Source: Macrostomum lignano
Taxonomy: Eukaryota
DNA: 64,000 nucleotides
Assembly (NCBI GenBank): GCA_002269645.1
Contig: NIVC01000639.1
Location: 133,659-197,658, forward strand
Direction of reading: 5' to 3'
Positions 39,201 to 50,592 of the stretch are shown one piece after another (position 1 is the first letter of the stretch; every line of letters begins with the position of its first letter). The notes below the pieces were generated by a model. It saw only the letters and a list, made by a program, of their open reading frames with translations. It was not told the origin of the DNA and did not search any database. The translations under genes were made by a program, and so were the position numbers.

Positions 39201-39400
39201 CCGTTTACGAATTGACAGCCGTCCACCTTGCGGGAGAGAATTTCATGCAGATAGCTCACATTCTTTAGCTGTTTGTAGTCGCTGTTCGTGATGCGGAGGC
39301 TCCGGCAGATTTTCGGCTCCGGAACTATGGCCGAGTGGCCGGGCTTCGGCACCCGGAACGCCATCAGCCACAGTAGGACAAGGACCGCGTCGCTTCGCAT
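36260..39400 (-). CDS. EGFR: EGFR/ErbB-family receptor tyrosine kinase, copy A, intronless CDS, 1046 aa
   Basis: ATG at 39400 followed by a signal peptide. L1 (GCQFVNGDL, LRNLRAIRG), furin-like Cys-rich region, L2, domain IV (CDPQCRDECWGPG), TM, GSGAFGTVYKG, VAIK, HRDLAARN, DFG, SHKSDVWSYGV, PDICSIDFY. Confidence 0.96.
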   Translation of the reverse strand: MRSDAVLVLLWLMAFRVPKPGHSAIVPEPKICRSLRITNSDYKQLKNVSYLHEILSRKVDGCQFVNGDLHVHFLGSHFTGVTIDRNIYEMNTSFLDSIREVSGRVVITGLGIKRLELRNLRAIRGFIYSQSPSHPLYALEIGYCNTPTQIFMPKLVSIQGPGVMFSTSMDIHLYCQLTRKISWSEVFEHKEQHLLDAVTHLNNMTNSSLKPADQANICSHLPECPDDCPMSKEGHRLCWSSTECQMVSKCRKRSCHSCYTRPTGEEECCDNSCLGGCRSFQPSECRACRSVLLAGRCAHSCRNNSYDAAYSRINTAQDSLMQAGNVCVDQCPRDFVIDSNHKYCIVECPDGQMPISGICTPCSVAGVRQGCHVCKDGFQRTLTEEFLGKFSNCSTLAPTELKFKKVLSIDGNQLRLGPLDADSGIWNLKSVRAILVEKFVIKNIPQHIGSLSFLKNLVQVSGHLFVDDCRITHFGFASLKYVSCFGLRNVRGLCARWFPFNFAAKLQDLKEHWPSETDKERSFDNTSEVCRNAVCDPQCRDECWGPGPDMCVACRNFEVDGRCYATCQEAGRYNLSGECQECHSECEGGCSSPSASECERCSNLEEDGKCVAACSSREMRADSKGRCYSVASARLLTVGIGVGLLILVLLVLLPVAYVHYRRRMRKYEIVDLDEYLTDPSNPNAMAKLLIVNDDDVMKQKEVGSGAFGTVYKGILRSSTNKGVRELPVAIKVLRGHSPKLGQELLNEASMLARVQHPCCIRLVALCLTQEPQLITALMPRGCLLEFLRAHRNQIGAERMLRWGLQVAEGMEYLESLGIVHRDLAARNVLLQTPDQVRITDFGLARLLDMSEGEFIQTAGLLPVKWLGVECFESGLFSHKSDVWSYGVLLWEICTFGESPYNPYGIRSVEDITGLLKKGIRLNQPDICSIDFYNILLSCWLPHPESRPSFRDMVGTMNDCLACPSKYIAAASRGVFSDKEVEMTTFGAAIPVDYARRRVNAYIANPVHPNLVISVRRPTNVAAYCRFLDQQRALVEHDDGAYLEPDA
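36497..37838. repeat. Left arm of a 1342-bp inverted repeat (partner 52149-53490) inside both EGFR CDSs
   Basis: Reverse complement matches 52149-53490 from cagcttcgacaacacg to aagtacatcgca. About 8 mismatches counted by eye, no indels, 4 aa differences (P/S, EA/DS, V/I). Confidence 0.95.
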
Positions 39401-40799
39401 CTCTTGCGAGTGGTGCTTAGGGTCTTTTATCTGAAATTGAAGCAATTTTTAGGGCTTCAAAATCTAAATCTCATGTTAAAAACTGGCCAATGCAAATTGC
39501 GGAGACCCTCTTGCTACACAAGACGTGAAGTTCCCCCTTTTTAATTTGCTTTGAGGGTCGAACCGTTTGAGTTTGGCTAGCAGCTACTTATTAACTAGCC
39601 ACGAAGACTTGTCAGCTTACCGCAAATTGCTTTGAGGCGCAGTATGAGAAGCGAAATTTCGTGCAACCTGTGCAGCGGGGGCAGCAGCAGCAGCCAAGAG
39701 ATGCAATCCAGCTTTTATGCCCTGAGTCCATTAAGCTCACCCACGCCCCGGCCTCTCCAACCCAGGCACAAGTGCAAGAGAAGCAGCCAATCTGACGGTA
39801 GTTGCCAGCTGTCTACACGGTTGCACCCGCGAATTTTCCAAAAGAAAGGCACAGTTGGGTGTCCGTCCGTATTGTCAGGAAACAAGTGACAATGATTTAC
39901 AAGCCGCCATGCTGAATATAATCCGTTGTTTACTGCTCTTTGTGTCTGTCGAATCCGCCTGATTCAGTGTGCATTGTTTAATGGCAATTAATTTTTGCGG
40001 CAACAAGTCTTTGATCTCGCCGAAGTGGGAGCGGCGATCCGAATGAGGATCTGAGGAGAATTCAAGAGTCACGTGAAACCCGTTTACTAGAGGGAACAGC
40101 TATTGGGTGCCTTCTAGAAACAAGTGATCTGAGCAGCTCTGAGCAGCCCAGATCAGGCTTTGTCACCGATTCAGCAGAGAACGTTTTGAGCCGATGAAGT
40201 GGAGACAAAAGGGTATAACTAAGTGGCCGTTTAGCAGACTAATCCAGCGCATTTATTTGATGCAGCGCACTCGGCATTCGGTGCATTGTCTGACTACTTC
40301 GATTAGTTGCGAAGTGGCACTCTTGATGGCTCAATGAACGTTCGAAGAGAAGATTTTAGCGGGAGCAGGTCAACGCCCCCTCACAGCATGCAGCACCAGG
40401 ACGGTGCAGCCCACGTTTTAAAGGTCTGTAGAGAGATCCAAACCAAGAGAACTGAACTCACCTGCAAGACTTGTGATTAACGATATGCCTTTTCAATTTT
40501 TGCAGTAGAAATTTAGAAGCGGCCCACGCTACCGCGGATAAAAACAAGTAACTCACTGCAAGGCTCCAGACACTCCGTCACTGGCCACTAATTTTGAAAA
40601 ATATTGTCTTTTGCGTGACTGCACAAAAACAGGGATTACTTGGTGTAGCCCGACTGTAAGCCCAGTAGGAAATGAACCATCTGCAAATCTACGCAGACAA
40701 CCCATTCATGATCATGGTAGGCTACGAACGTACATACGAGCGTACTTGAACGCATCAAATTGTTCCTTTAGTGTTGTCGAATGGGCTGGAGGTATTGAT

Positions 40800-41135
40800 G
40801 GATAAACATTGCCGTTGTGTAGCAGTACACATTTCTAAGAGCACTTGCTGGGGTCAATGCGTCGACCCAAAGTAGCCTAGGGACAGGGAGACGCAGATAC
40901 AGCTCTGCTGCAGCATCGGTCCTATCAGCGCTCCAAAACTTCCACAGACTTGTTGGTACGCCGATGTGTAGTAGAGGGTCCTCCCTCACAGCGAAGTCCC
41001 GCGGATCCGCCTTAATAGACACCCCTGCAGCGCGATGACATCACAGCTTAGGTTGAGCGCTAGCTTTGCCAGAGCCCCTCTCCGCCCAGGCGGCCCCGAG
41101 AGTGCGGCAGTTCAGCGTCCCGACCCGAAGTATGA
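40800..41135 (-). mobile_element. Decayed non-LTR retrotransposon (LINE) AP-endonuclease fragment
   Basis: Minus strand 41130-41098 encodes LRVGTLNCRTL. After a frameshift, 41042-41025 gives (C)DVIALQ followed by VSIKADP. These are the first two motifs of LINE APE domains. Confidence 0.55.
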
Positions 41136-42024
41136 GCAGTTGAGTCTCACGGAAGATCCGCATGGGCCAGCGCAGCCGCAGTTCGGCGGACAGCACCACG
41201 TCGCCGACCGCGCCAATTTCACTTCACGTCGGAGCTCAACACGCCGACGTTCGCTCCGCTGCTCTTGCTTAGTCCTGCCGCTGTTGGCCGCCGCAGCAGT
41301 GAAGCGCAGTCGACCGTCTTGACCACTTGGAGGTCGCAGAATTTACTTTATCAACGTGCAAATAATACAGGACTCCCCTCTCCATAAGTTTGACTCAAGC
41401 CCCGATGCCAGGCATCATTTGTCACTTAGTGAGCCATTTTGCACTGCGTCTGCAGATGCTCAGTGTAAGCTACAAAACCTTCCTTTGCTTGACTTCAACT
41501 GGCCAAAACGAGTCCAACACACTAGCAATGCAAAGTGCACTGAAGGCCAAGCTTTTGTTAGAGAGGAAGAAACAAACAATATCGCGTTACACTGACGCAG
41601 CTTTCCCAACTTTGCTGTAATTTTAGCTCGCTAATGATTTAAGATGCACAAGAAACCTCAGCAAACTTCATGCTTGCAGCTTTGAATATTAGGCTCGCTA
41701 CTTACAACAGTATACGCGGGTCTGTGTGCTAGATAATTATCACGCCTATGCCAATGTGTTAGTCGATAAGTCAAATATGGATAAACAAAAATTTAGATAG
41801 ATTTCGATCTGTTTGTGAAGCTGCTGATGATGACATTTAGACACAAAAAATTGCAAAACCCATTCGACTGAGAGATGCATGCTGCAGTTCGAGATATCTG
41901 GGCTTTTAGCCCGGCTGCTTTTCACACCGCAACAACCACTCCAGTGGACTACTGGGAGTAACGGGGTTACAACGGTAACCACCAACTATCTGTTGCCTAT
42001 TAGTCTTTCAAGTCACTGATTAAA

Positions 42025-42330
42025 CCACCAACCACCAACCAGTCCCGGGATCCCACACCAACCAGCCCCGGGATTCCCCACCAACCAGTCCCAAGATCCT
42101 GAACCAACCAGTCCCGAGAGCCGAGATCCCGCACCAACCAGTCCCAAGATCCTGAACGAACCAGTCCCGAGAGCCGAGATCCCGCACCAACCAGTCCCAA
42201 GATCCTGAACCAACCAGTCCCGAGATCCCCCACCCACCAGGTCCCGGGATCCCACAACAACCAGTCTCGAGATCCTGCACCAACCAGTCCCGGGATCCCC
42301 CACCCACCAGTCCCGAGATCTCGCACCAAC
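42025..42330. repeat. Degenerate minisatellite (accaaccagtcccgggatccc core)
   Basis: Direct inspection. Confidence 0.85.
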
Positions 42331-42711
42331 CAGTGAGGGGACACTATGCATCCAACGCCGCAACAGTTGCAGCACATCGTGTGGCAAGTCAGCGTTAGAG
42401 TTTCAAGTGAAAACTCGTATTTCAATCCAATGCAGTCCGGAGGGCAGAGTTAATGAATTCACGGGCATGAGCCGGCGCAAAACATAATGCAGGATCATTT
42501 CATTCTTCACGATAAATTTAACCAAGCCTAACAGCTGCGCAAATTGTGACTGACATTTGCAATATCTGAGGCCATGTGGATGAGCACTGGACACTCAAAC
42601 AGAAATGAAATTGCAATAAACCTGTGAGCAGTCAGGCTGCAAGCTTGAGTTCGAAACATGCATAATACGGTTGGGTTTTAAAATGTTTAAAACTGTTTTT
42701 ACGGTTAGGCC

Positions 42712-43095
42712 ATCGGGGTCACGGAAGGCCATGGGGTCATGGGGGTCAGGGGAGTCATGAAGGTCAGTGGGGTCATGGGGGTCATAGGGGTCATGGAGGT
42801 CAGGGGGATTAGGGGGTCAGGGCTCTAGGGGGTCAGTGCGTTAGGGGGTCCGGGCGTTAGGGGTCAGGGGGTCATGGGTGTCATAGTTGTCATGGGGATC
42901 AGGGGTCTGGGGTCATGGGGGTCATGGAGGTCAGGGGGATCAGGGGGTCAGGATTTCAGGGTGTCAGGGTGTCAGGGTCAGGGGTCATGGGGGTCATGGG
43001 CGTCATAGGGGTCATGGAGGTCACGGGGTCAGGGTGTCAGGGGTTAGGGGGTCATGGGGTCAGGGGGTCATGGGGTCAGGGGTCAGGGGGTCATG
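42712..43095. repeat. G-rich low-complexity repeat (ggggtcatgg/ggggtcagg), potential G-quadruplex
   Basis: Many GGGG runs 5-10 nt apart. Confidence 0.85.
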
Positions 43096-43667
43096 ACACC
43101 TCAAACGGCCGACCATTAAAATTTGTCTACTGCACCTGATTGGCGGCTCGGACACGCTAAGCGGTTGAGCCGTTTTTTTCTAAAATTAAAAAAATAGCTC
43201 TGGGGTGATTAAATTTTGCAAAATTTCCTCCTGCGAAATGTCGCGATTAGGCCGCCGTGTTTGCTTTCGAAGTTGCCGCGCGCTTCCCTCTTGGCCCCAG
43301 ATTTCCGCGCAAATATTTTCCCCATCTTTAATTTACTCACTCTGCAGAGTTCCCTTCACAAAAAGTTTGCAGAAATCCAAGCCAGCTCTGTGCAGTTTGA
43401 GTTGCCGTACTCAATCTGGCACTTTTATTGCTGCGGCACGAGAGGCAATAAAAGCCAGTGAAAAACGCTGGGCTGCGCAAGCAGGCAGCGGCTGCACTAA
43501 TCGCGTCCTGCACTCAGCGAGTTCGTCTGTTCGTCTGGATGAAATAACAGATTTTGCCGTGAAGCCGCTGATAAATGCAGGCTGCGCGAAATCCGACTGC
43601 GCTGCTGGATGAACTGCCTCTTCCAGTCCTCTGCGCTTCGTGTCCGCCCTCTGCCGCTTCTTAGCGG

Positions 43668-43985
43668 ACTCTACTTTTCCCTCTACCACTCCACTTTTCC
43701 CTCTAGCACTCTACGTTTTTCTCTACCCGCTCTACTTTTCCTTCTAGCGCTCTACGTTTTTCTCTACCCGCTCTACTTTTCCCTTTACCGCTCTACTTTT
43801 CCCTCTACCGCTCTACTCCTACCTCTAACGCTCTACTTTTCTTTCTAGCACTCTACTCTTTTCTCTACCCGCTCTACTTTTCTCTCCACCGCTCTGCTTT
43901 TCTTTCTAGCACTCTACTTTTCTCTCTACCGCTCTACTCTTCTCTCAATAGCGCTACTCTTCCCTCTACCGCTGGACTTTCCTAT
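43668..43985. repeat. CT-rich repeat, about 20-bp unit (ctctacttttccctctaccg)
   Basis: Direct inspection. Confidence 0.85.
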
Positions 43986-44013
43986 CAACCAAATGATTAT
44001 TTGATCCAACGAT

Positions 44014-44866
<853 letters not shown>

Positions 44867-45152
44867 TAGATTTGTCTTTTCACTCAGCGCCAGCGCCACT
44901 TCCTGATGCTAATGAGAGCAGAAGGCTCTGGCACTCTGATGCCGCTGTCATTAGAAATGCATCATCCAAGCACGCGGTGACTACGCGAAAATTTTAATCA
45001 ACTGCTAATTGGTGTGACGCAGGACAACTGATGCATTGCCTGTTGCATTAAGCATACTTAGCTCGGATATGCGCTGTTCTATCTGAGAGGGCGTCGCTTT
45101 TACAAACTAGAAATGCCCGTTATTTTCACAAGCTCAAATTTATGACAGCTAG

Positions 45153-46900
45153 TAGAGTGAGTGTCAGACTGTCAGGATCGCTAGAGTGGGTGTCAGACTG
45201 TCAGGATCGCTAGAGTGGGTGTCAGACTGTCAGGATCGTTAGAGTGGGTGTCAGACTGTCAGGATCGCTAGAGTGGGTGTCAGACTGTCAGGATCGCTGG
45301 AGTGGGTGTCAGACTGTCAGGATCGCTAGAGTGAGTGTCAGACTGTCAGGATCGCTGGAGTGGGTGTCAGACTGTCAAGATCGCTAGAGTGGGTGTCAGA
45401 CTGTCAAGATCGCTAGAGTGGGTGTCAGACTGTCAGGATCGCTAGAGTGGGTGTCAGACTGTCAGGATCGCTAGAGTGGGTGTCAGACTGTCAAGATCGC
45501 TAGAGTGGGTGTCAGACTGTCAAGATCGCTAGAGTGGGTGTCAGACTGTCAAGATCGCTAGAGTGGGTGTCAGACTGTCAAGGATCGCTAGAGTGGGTGT
45601 CAGACTGTCAGGATCGCTAGAGTGGGTGTCAGACTGTCAAGATCGCTAGAGTGGGTGTCAGACTGTCAAGATCGCTAGAGTGGGTGTCAGACTGTCAAGA
45701 TCGCTAGAGTGGGTGTCAGACTGTCAAGGATCGCTAGAGTGGGTGTCAGACTGTCAAGATCGCTAGAGTGGGTGTCAGACTGTCAAGATCGCTAGAGTGG
45801 GTGTCAGACTGTCAAGATCGCTAGAGTGGGTGTCAGACTGTCAGGCCTGCTAGAGTGGGTGTCAGACTGTCAGGATCGCTAGAGTGGGTGTCAGACTGTC
45901 AGGATCGCTAGAGTGGGTGTCAGACTGTCAGGATCGCTAGAGTGGGTGTCAGACTGTCAGGATCGCTAGAGTGGGTGTCAGACTGTCAGGCCTGCTAGAG
46001 TGGGTGTCAGACTGTCAGGATCGCTAGAGTGGGTGTCAGACTGTCAGGATCGCTAGAGTGGGTGTCAGACTGTCAGGATCGCTAGAGTGGGTGTCAGACT
46101 GTCAGGCCTGCTAGAGTGGGTGTCAGACTGTCAGGCCTGCTAGAGTGGGTGTCAGACTGTCAGGATCGCTAGAGTGGGTGTCAGACTGTCAGGCTTGCTA
46201 GAGTGGGTGTCAGACTGTCAGGCTTGCTAGAGTGGGTGTCAGACTGTCAGGATCGCTAGAGTGGGTGTCAGACTGTCAGGATTGCTAGAGTGGGTGTCAG
46301 ACTGTCAGGGGACCAATAGAGTGGTTGTCAGACTGTCAGGATCGCTAGAGTGGGTGTCAGACTGTCAATGATCGCTAGAGTGGGTGTCAGACTGTCAGGA
46401 TCGCTAGAGTGGGTGTCAGACTGTCAGGATCGCTAGAGTGGGTGTCAGACTGTCAAGGATCGCTAGAGTGGGTGTCAGACTGTCAAGGATCGCTAGAGTG
46501 GGTGTCAGACTGTCAAGGATCGCTAGAGTGGGTGTCAGACTGTCAGGATCGCTAGATGAGTGTCAGACTGTCAGGATCGCTATAGTGGGTGTCAGACTGT
46601 CAGGGGACCAATAGAGTGGGTGTCAGACTGTCAGGATCGCTAGAGTGGGTGTCAGACTGTCAGGATCGCTAGAGTGAGTTTCAGACTGTCAGGATCGCTA
46701 GAGTGAGTGTCAGACTGTCAGGATCGCTAGAGTGGGTGTCAGACTGTCAAGGATCGCTAGAGTGGGTGTCAGACTGTCAAGGATCGCTAGAGTGGGTGTC
46801 AGACTGTCAAGGATCGCTAGAGTGGGTGTCAGACTGTCAGGATCGCTAGAGTGGGTGTCAGATTGTCAGACTTGCTACATGGGGTGTCAGACTGTCAGGA
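45153..46900. repeat. 29-bp minisatellite array 1 (gctagagtgggtgtcagactgtcaggatc; 27-30-bp variants)
   Basis: Direct inspection. Confidence 0.97.
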
Positions 46901-47366
46901 CCGCTCTTGGTGTAGAAAGCACACGGTATACTTTTGCCTGTTTCTGGTCTCCAATAGCAGATTAATTTCAGTTCGTTTTGAAGCGACATTGGGGATGAAT
47001 TCCAGCAAATCCCGTATAAAACTTCCGGATAAAGCAGCACGAAAAAAGTTTAAGTGCAAGATATTATAGCCATCCTGTTGCTAGGGGGTCTACGAGAAGT
47101 TCTGAACCCGGACGAACTGCACTTGGGATTTGCCAGCCTGCGCCCCCTCCCCCCAGTCTAAGAAGACGACGTCTTTCTGATTGTACAGCTTACCAACAAA
47201 CTATTCGCTGCTTTATCAAGGATGCAGAAAAACTGAAAAATGTCAGCAGTTCGGTACATCCTACCTTGTCTCGTGGAATTAAAGCTTTTAGTTGTAGAGG
47301 TCTGTCTAAGTGAGTGACTGCATGTTCTCGATCTTCGCTTGCTACACTGGTTAGCATTAGAGCTGA

Positions 47367-49163
47367 CGGGTTTCAGACTGTCAGGATCGCTAGAGTGGTT
47401 GTCAGACTGTCAGGCTTGCTTGGGGGTCAGACTGTCAGGATCGCTAGAGTGGTTGTCAGACTGTCAGGCTTGCTTGGGGGTCAGACTGTCAGGATCGCTA
47501 GAGTGGTTGTCAGACTGTCAGGCTTGCTTGGGGGTCAGACTGTCAGGATCGCTAGAGTGGTTGTCAGACTGTCAGGCTTGCTTGGGTGTCAGACTGTCAG
47601 GATCGCTAGAGTGGTTGTCAGACTGTCAGGCTTGCTTGGGTGTCAGACTGTCAGGATCGCTAAAGTGGGTGTCAGACTGTCAGGCTTGCTTGGGTGTCAG
47701 ACTGTCAGGATCGCTAGAGTGGGTGTCAGACTGTCAGGCTTGCTAGAGTGGGTGTCAGACTGTCAGGATCGATATAGTGGGTGTCAGACTGTCAGGATCG
47801 CTAGAGTGGGTTTCAGACTGTCAGGATTGCTAGAGTGGGTGTCAGACTGTCAGGATCGATAGAGTGGGTGTCAGACTGTCAGGATCGATAGAGTGGGTGT
47901 CAGACTCTCAGGATCGCTAGAGTGGTTGTCAGACTGTCAGGCTTGCTTGGGTGTCAGACTGTCAGGATCGCTAGAGTGGGTTTCAGACTGTCAGGATTGC
48001 TAGAGTGGGTGTCAGACTGTCAGGCTTGCTAGAGTGGGTGTCAGACTGTCAGGATCGATAGAGTGGGTGTCAGACTGTCAGGATCGCTAGAGTGGGTGTC
48101 AGACTGTCAGGATCGCTAGAGTGGGTGTCAGACTGTCAGGATCGCTAGAGTGGGTGTCAGACTGTCAAGGATCGCTAGAGTGGGTGTCAGACTGTCAAGG
48201 ATCGCTAGAGTGGGTGTCAGACTGTCAGGATCGCTAGATGAGTGTCAGACTGTCAGGATCGCTAGAGTGGGTGTCAGACTGTCAAGGATCGCTAGAGTGG
48301 GTGTCAGACTGTCAGGATCGCTAGAGTGAGTGTCAGACTGTCAGGATCGCTAGAGTGAGTGTCAGACTGTCAGGATCGCTAGATGAGTGTCAGACTGTCA
48401 GGATCGCTATAGTGGGTGTCAGACTGTCAGGATCGCTAGAGTGGGTGTCAGACTGTCAGGATCGCTAGATGAGTGTCAGACTGTCAGGATCGCTAGAGTG
48501 GGTGTCAGACTGTCAAGGATCGCTAGAGTGGGTGTCAGACTGTCAAGGATCGCTAGAGTGGGTGTCAGACTGTCAGGATCGCTAGATGAGTGTCAGACTG
48601 TCAGGATCACTAGAGTGGGTGTCAGACTGTCAAGGATCGCTATAGTGGGTGTCAGACTGTCAGGATCGCTAGAGTGAGTGTCAGACTGTCAGGATCGCTA
48701 GAGTGAGTGTCAGACTGTCAGGATCGCTAGATGAGTGTCAGACTGTCAGGATCGCTATAGTGGGTGTCAGACTGTCAGGATCGCTAGAGTGGGTGTCAGA
48801 CTGTCAGGATCGCTAGATGAGTGTCAGACTGTCAGGATCGCTAGAGTGGGTGTCAGACTGTCAGGATCGCTAGAGTGAGTGTCAGACTGTCAGGATCGCT
48901 AGATGAGTGTCAGACTGTCAGGATAGCTAGAGTGGGTGTCAGACTGTCAGGATCGCTAGAGTGGGTGTTAGACTGTCAGGATCGCTAGAGTGGGTGTCAG
49001 ACTGTCAGGATCGCTAGAGTGGGTGTCAGACTGTCAGGATCGCTAGAGTGAGTGTCAGACTGTCAGGATCGCTAGATGAGTGTCAGACTGTCAGGATCGC
49101 TAGAGTGGGTGTCAGACTGTCAGGATCGCTTGCTTGGGTGTCAGACTGTCAGGATCGCTAGAG
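47367..49163. repeat. 29-bp minisatellite array 2, same unit as 45153-46900
   Basis: Same consensus and orientation; separated from array 1 by about 470 bp of unique DNA. Confidence 0.97.
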
Positions 49164-49277
49164 TTTCCAAAATTCTCGAGTGACGGTCAGAACAGTGCCA
49201 CGACAACGCTTTTCCAGGAAGCGCTATGAACACAATTTACCAGCACAAGGAAAGCTCGGGAGCGCAACAACCCTGAA

Positions 49278-49891
49278 TAGGGAATACAATCCCGGGATTT
49301 TGGTTAGGCCTAAATCCCGGGATCACAATTGTCCGGTATTCGAAAATCCCGGGATTGACCATCGGGATCCTGATCCTGCTTTGCAATGATCTCGAGTATC
49401 TGCAGCTGAGATACTTGTCAGGTGAAAATCATAACTCAGTTGTCCTACCTTGATTTCTTAATCGTTTTAAGCATGCAGGGTAGCGAGTAGAAGGCTATAG
49501 GGCTGCAGGGACACGAAACAGAAGCTGTTAGCAGGTCGTAAGGGTATTTAAGGTGTACTAATGTAGAACTACTTTAAGCAGTCCCTACCTTCAAAACTCC
49601 TTGGCCGTAGTTGGGATTAGAACAGTGGGGACCTTGCTATCGGACCACAACCCAAGCTACCAGTTCTCCATCTAGGGCGGGTGCCCCTGGGAGGGTGAGG
49701 TCTGATCCCCTTCTGCCCTGGTATCAGTGCCTCGGGCCATAGCTCTGTAAGCTATCATTCTTCAGGTTACATCACAATCAAGTGTGATTTTCCTGAGCTG
49801 ATACTGGCATGTAAAAAAGCACCTTTACAGCACCTTTACAGAAATCCCGACAATCCCGAGATTGGCAAAACTCGGGATTTTGTATTCCCTA
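49278..49891. mobile_element. 614-bp non-autonomous hAT-type element
   Basis: Ends TAGGGAATACAA..TCCCG / CGGGATTTTGTATTCCCTA, subterminal ATCCCGGGAT repeats, exact 8-bp TSD ACCCTGAA (49270-49277 and 49892-49899). Confidence 0.85.
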
Positions 49892-50592
49892 ACCCTGAAC
49901 ATTTAAGTGGTTTGCCATGATGCCATGCCATTGCCATCGGTTTGTCACAACCCACCAATATTTTCAGTCAGTTTCATTTTATTAATTGGACCAGTGCCCA
50001 ATCCGAGTCAAATGTACAGTGCGCACGGAATGCACACTCCTTGTACACTCACTCACTCTGTGCGCTTGAGGCCTCAGCTTAGGAGTGGGGCTGGGGGGTG
50101 CTTGCGATAAGTCAGCTCGCAGTCAATTGGGTGACGGGGCACAGCGGGGGGGGTCTGCATTTGAAAGGCTGTGCAGTCGCCCGGCCCCATTTTACTGATA
50201 AGCGAATGGAGGCCTGATATGGCATAAAGCGTTGTAGCGATCTCGCAGTGCTTTATATAGCCTGGCTGGCAAACTGCGTGGGCCGCACGAGGAGAAAAAC
50301 GCAACAAACAGGTAAACCGACCAAGCTGCCAAGAGAAGCCTTCGATTTGGCAGCTCACCTGCAATCAACTACGCTTTAGTATTGTTTGTTTGTTAAAAAC
50401 CTTCGCAAAAGACTGCCTTATTGGGGCATTTCCCGCAACTGCGCGAGCCTGATAAGATAAAGGCCGATTCAATTCACTTTCAAAAAAGACAGGCTCAGCG
50501 AGCGGAAAGGCGAGGCAAAACGAGTAATTAACAGCTGAAAAATACTGCAGAATTTCCTGGCAGCCTGCGCGAAACAGTTGACGCTGGGAAAC

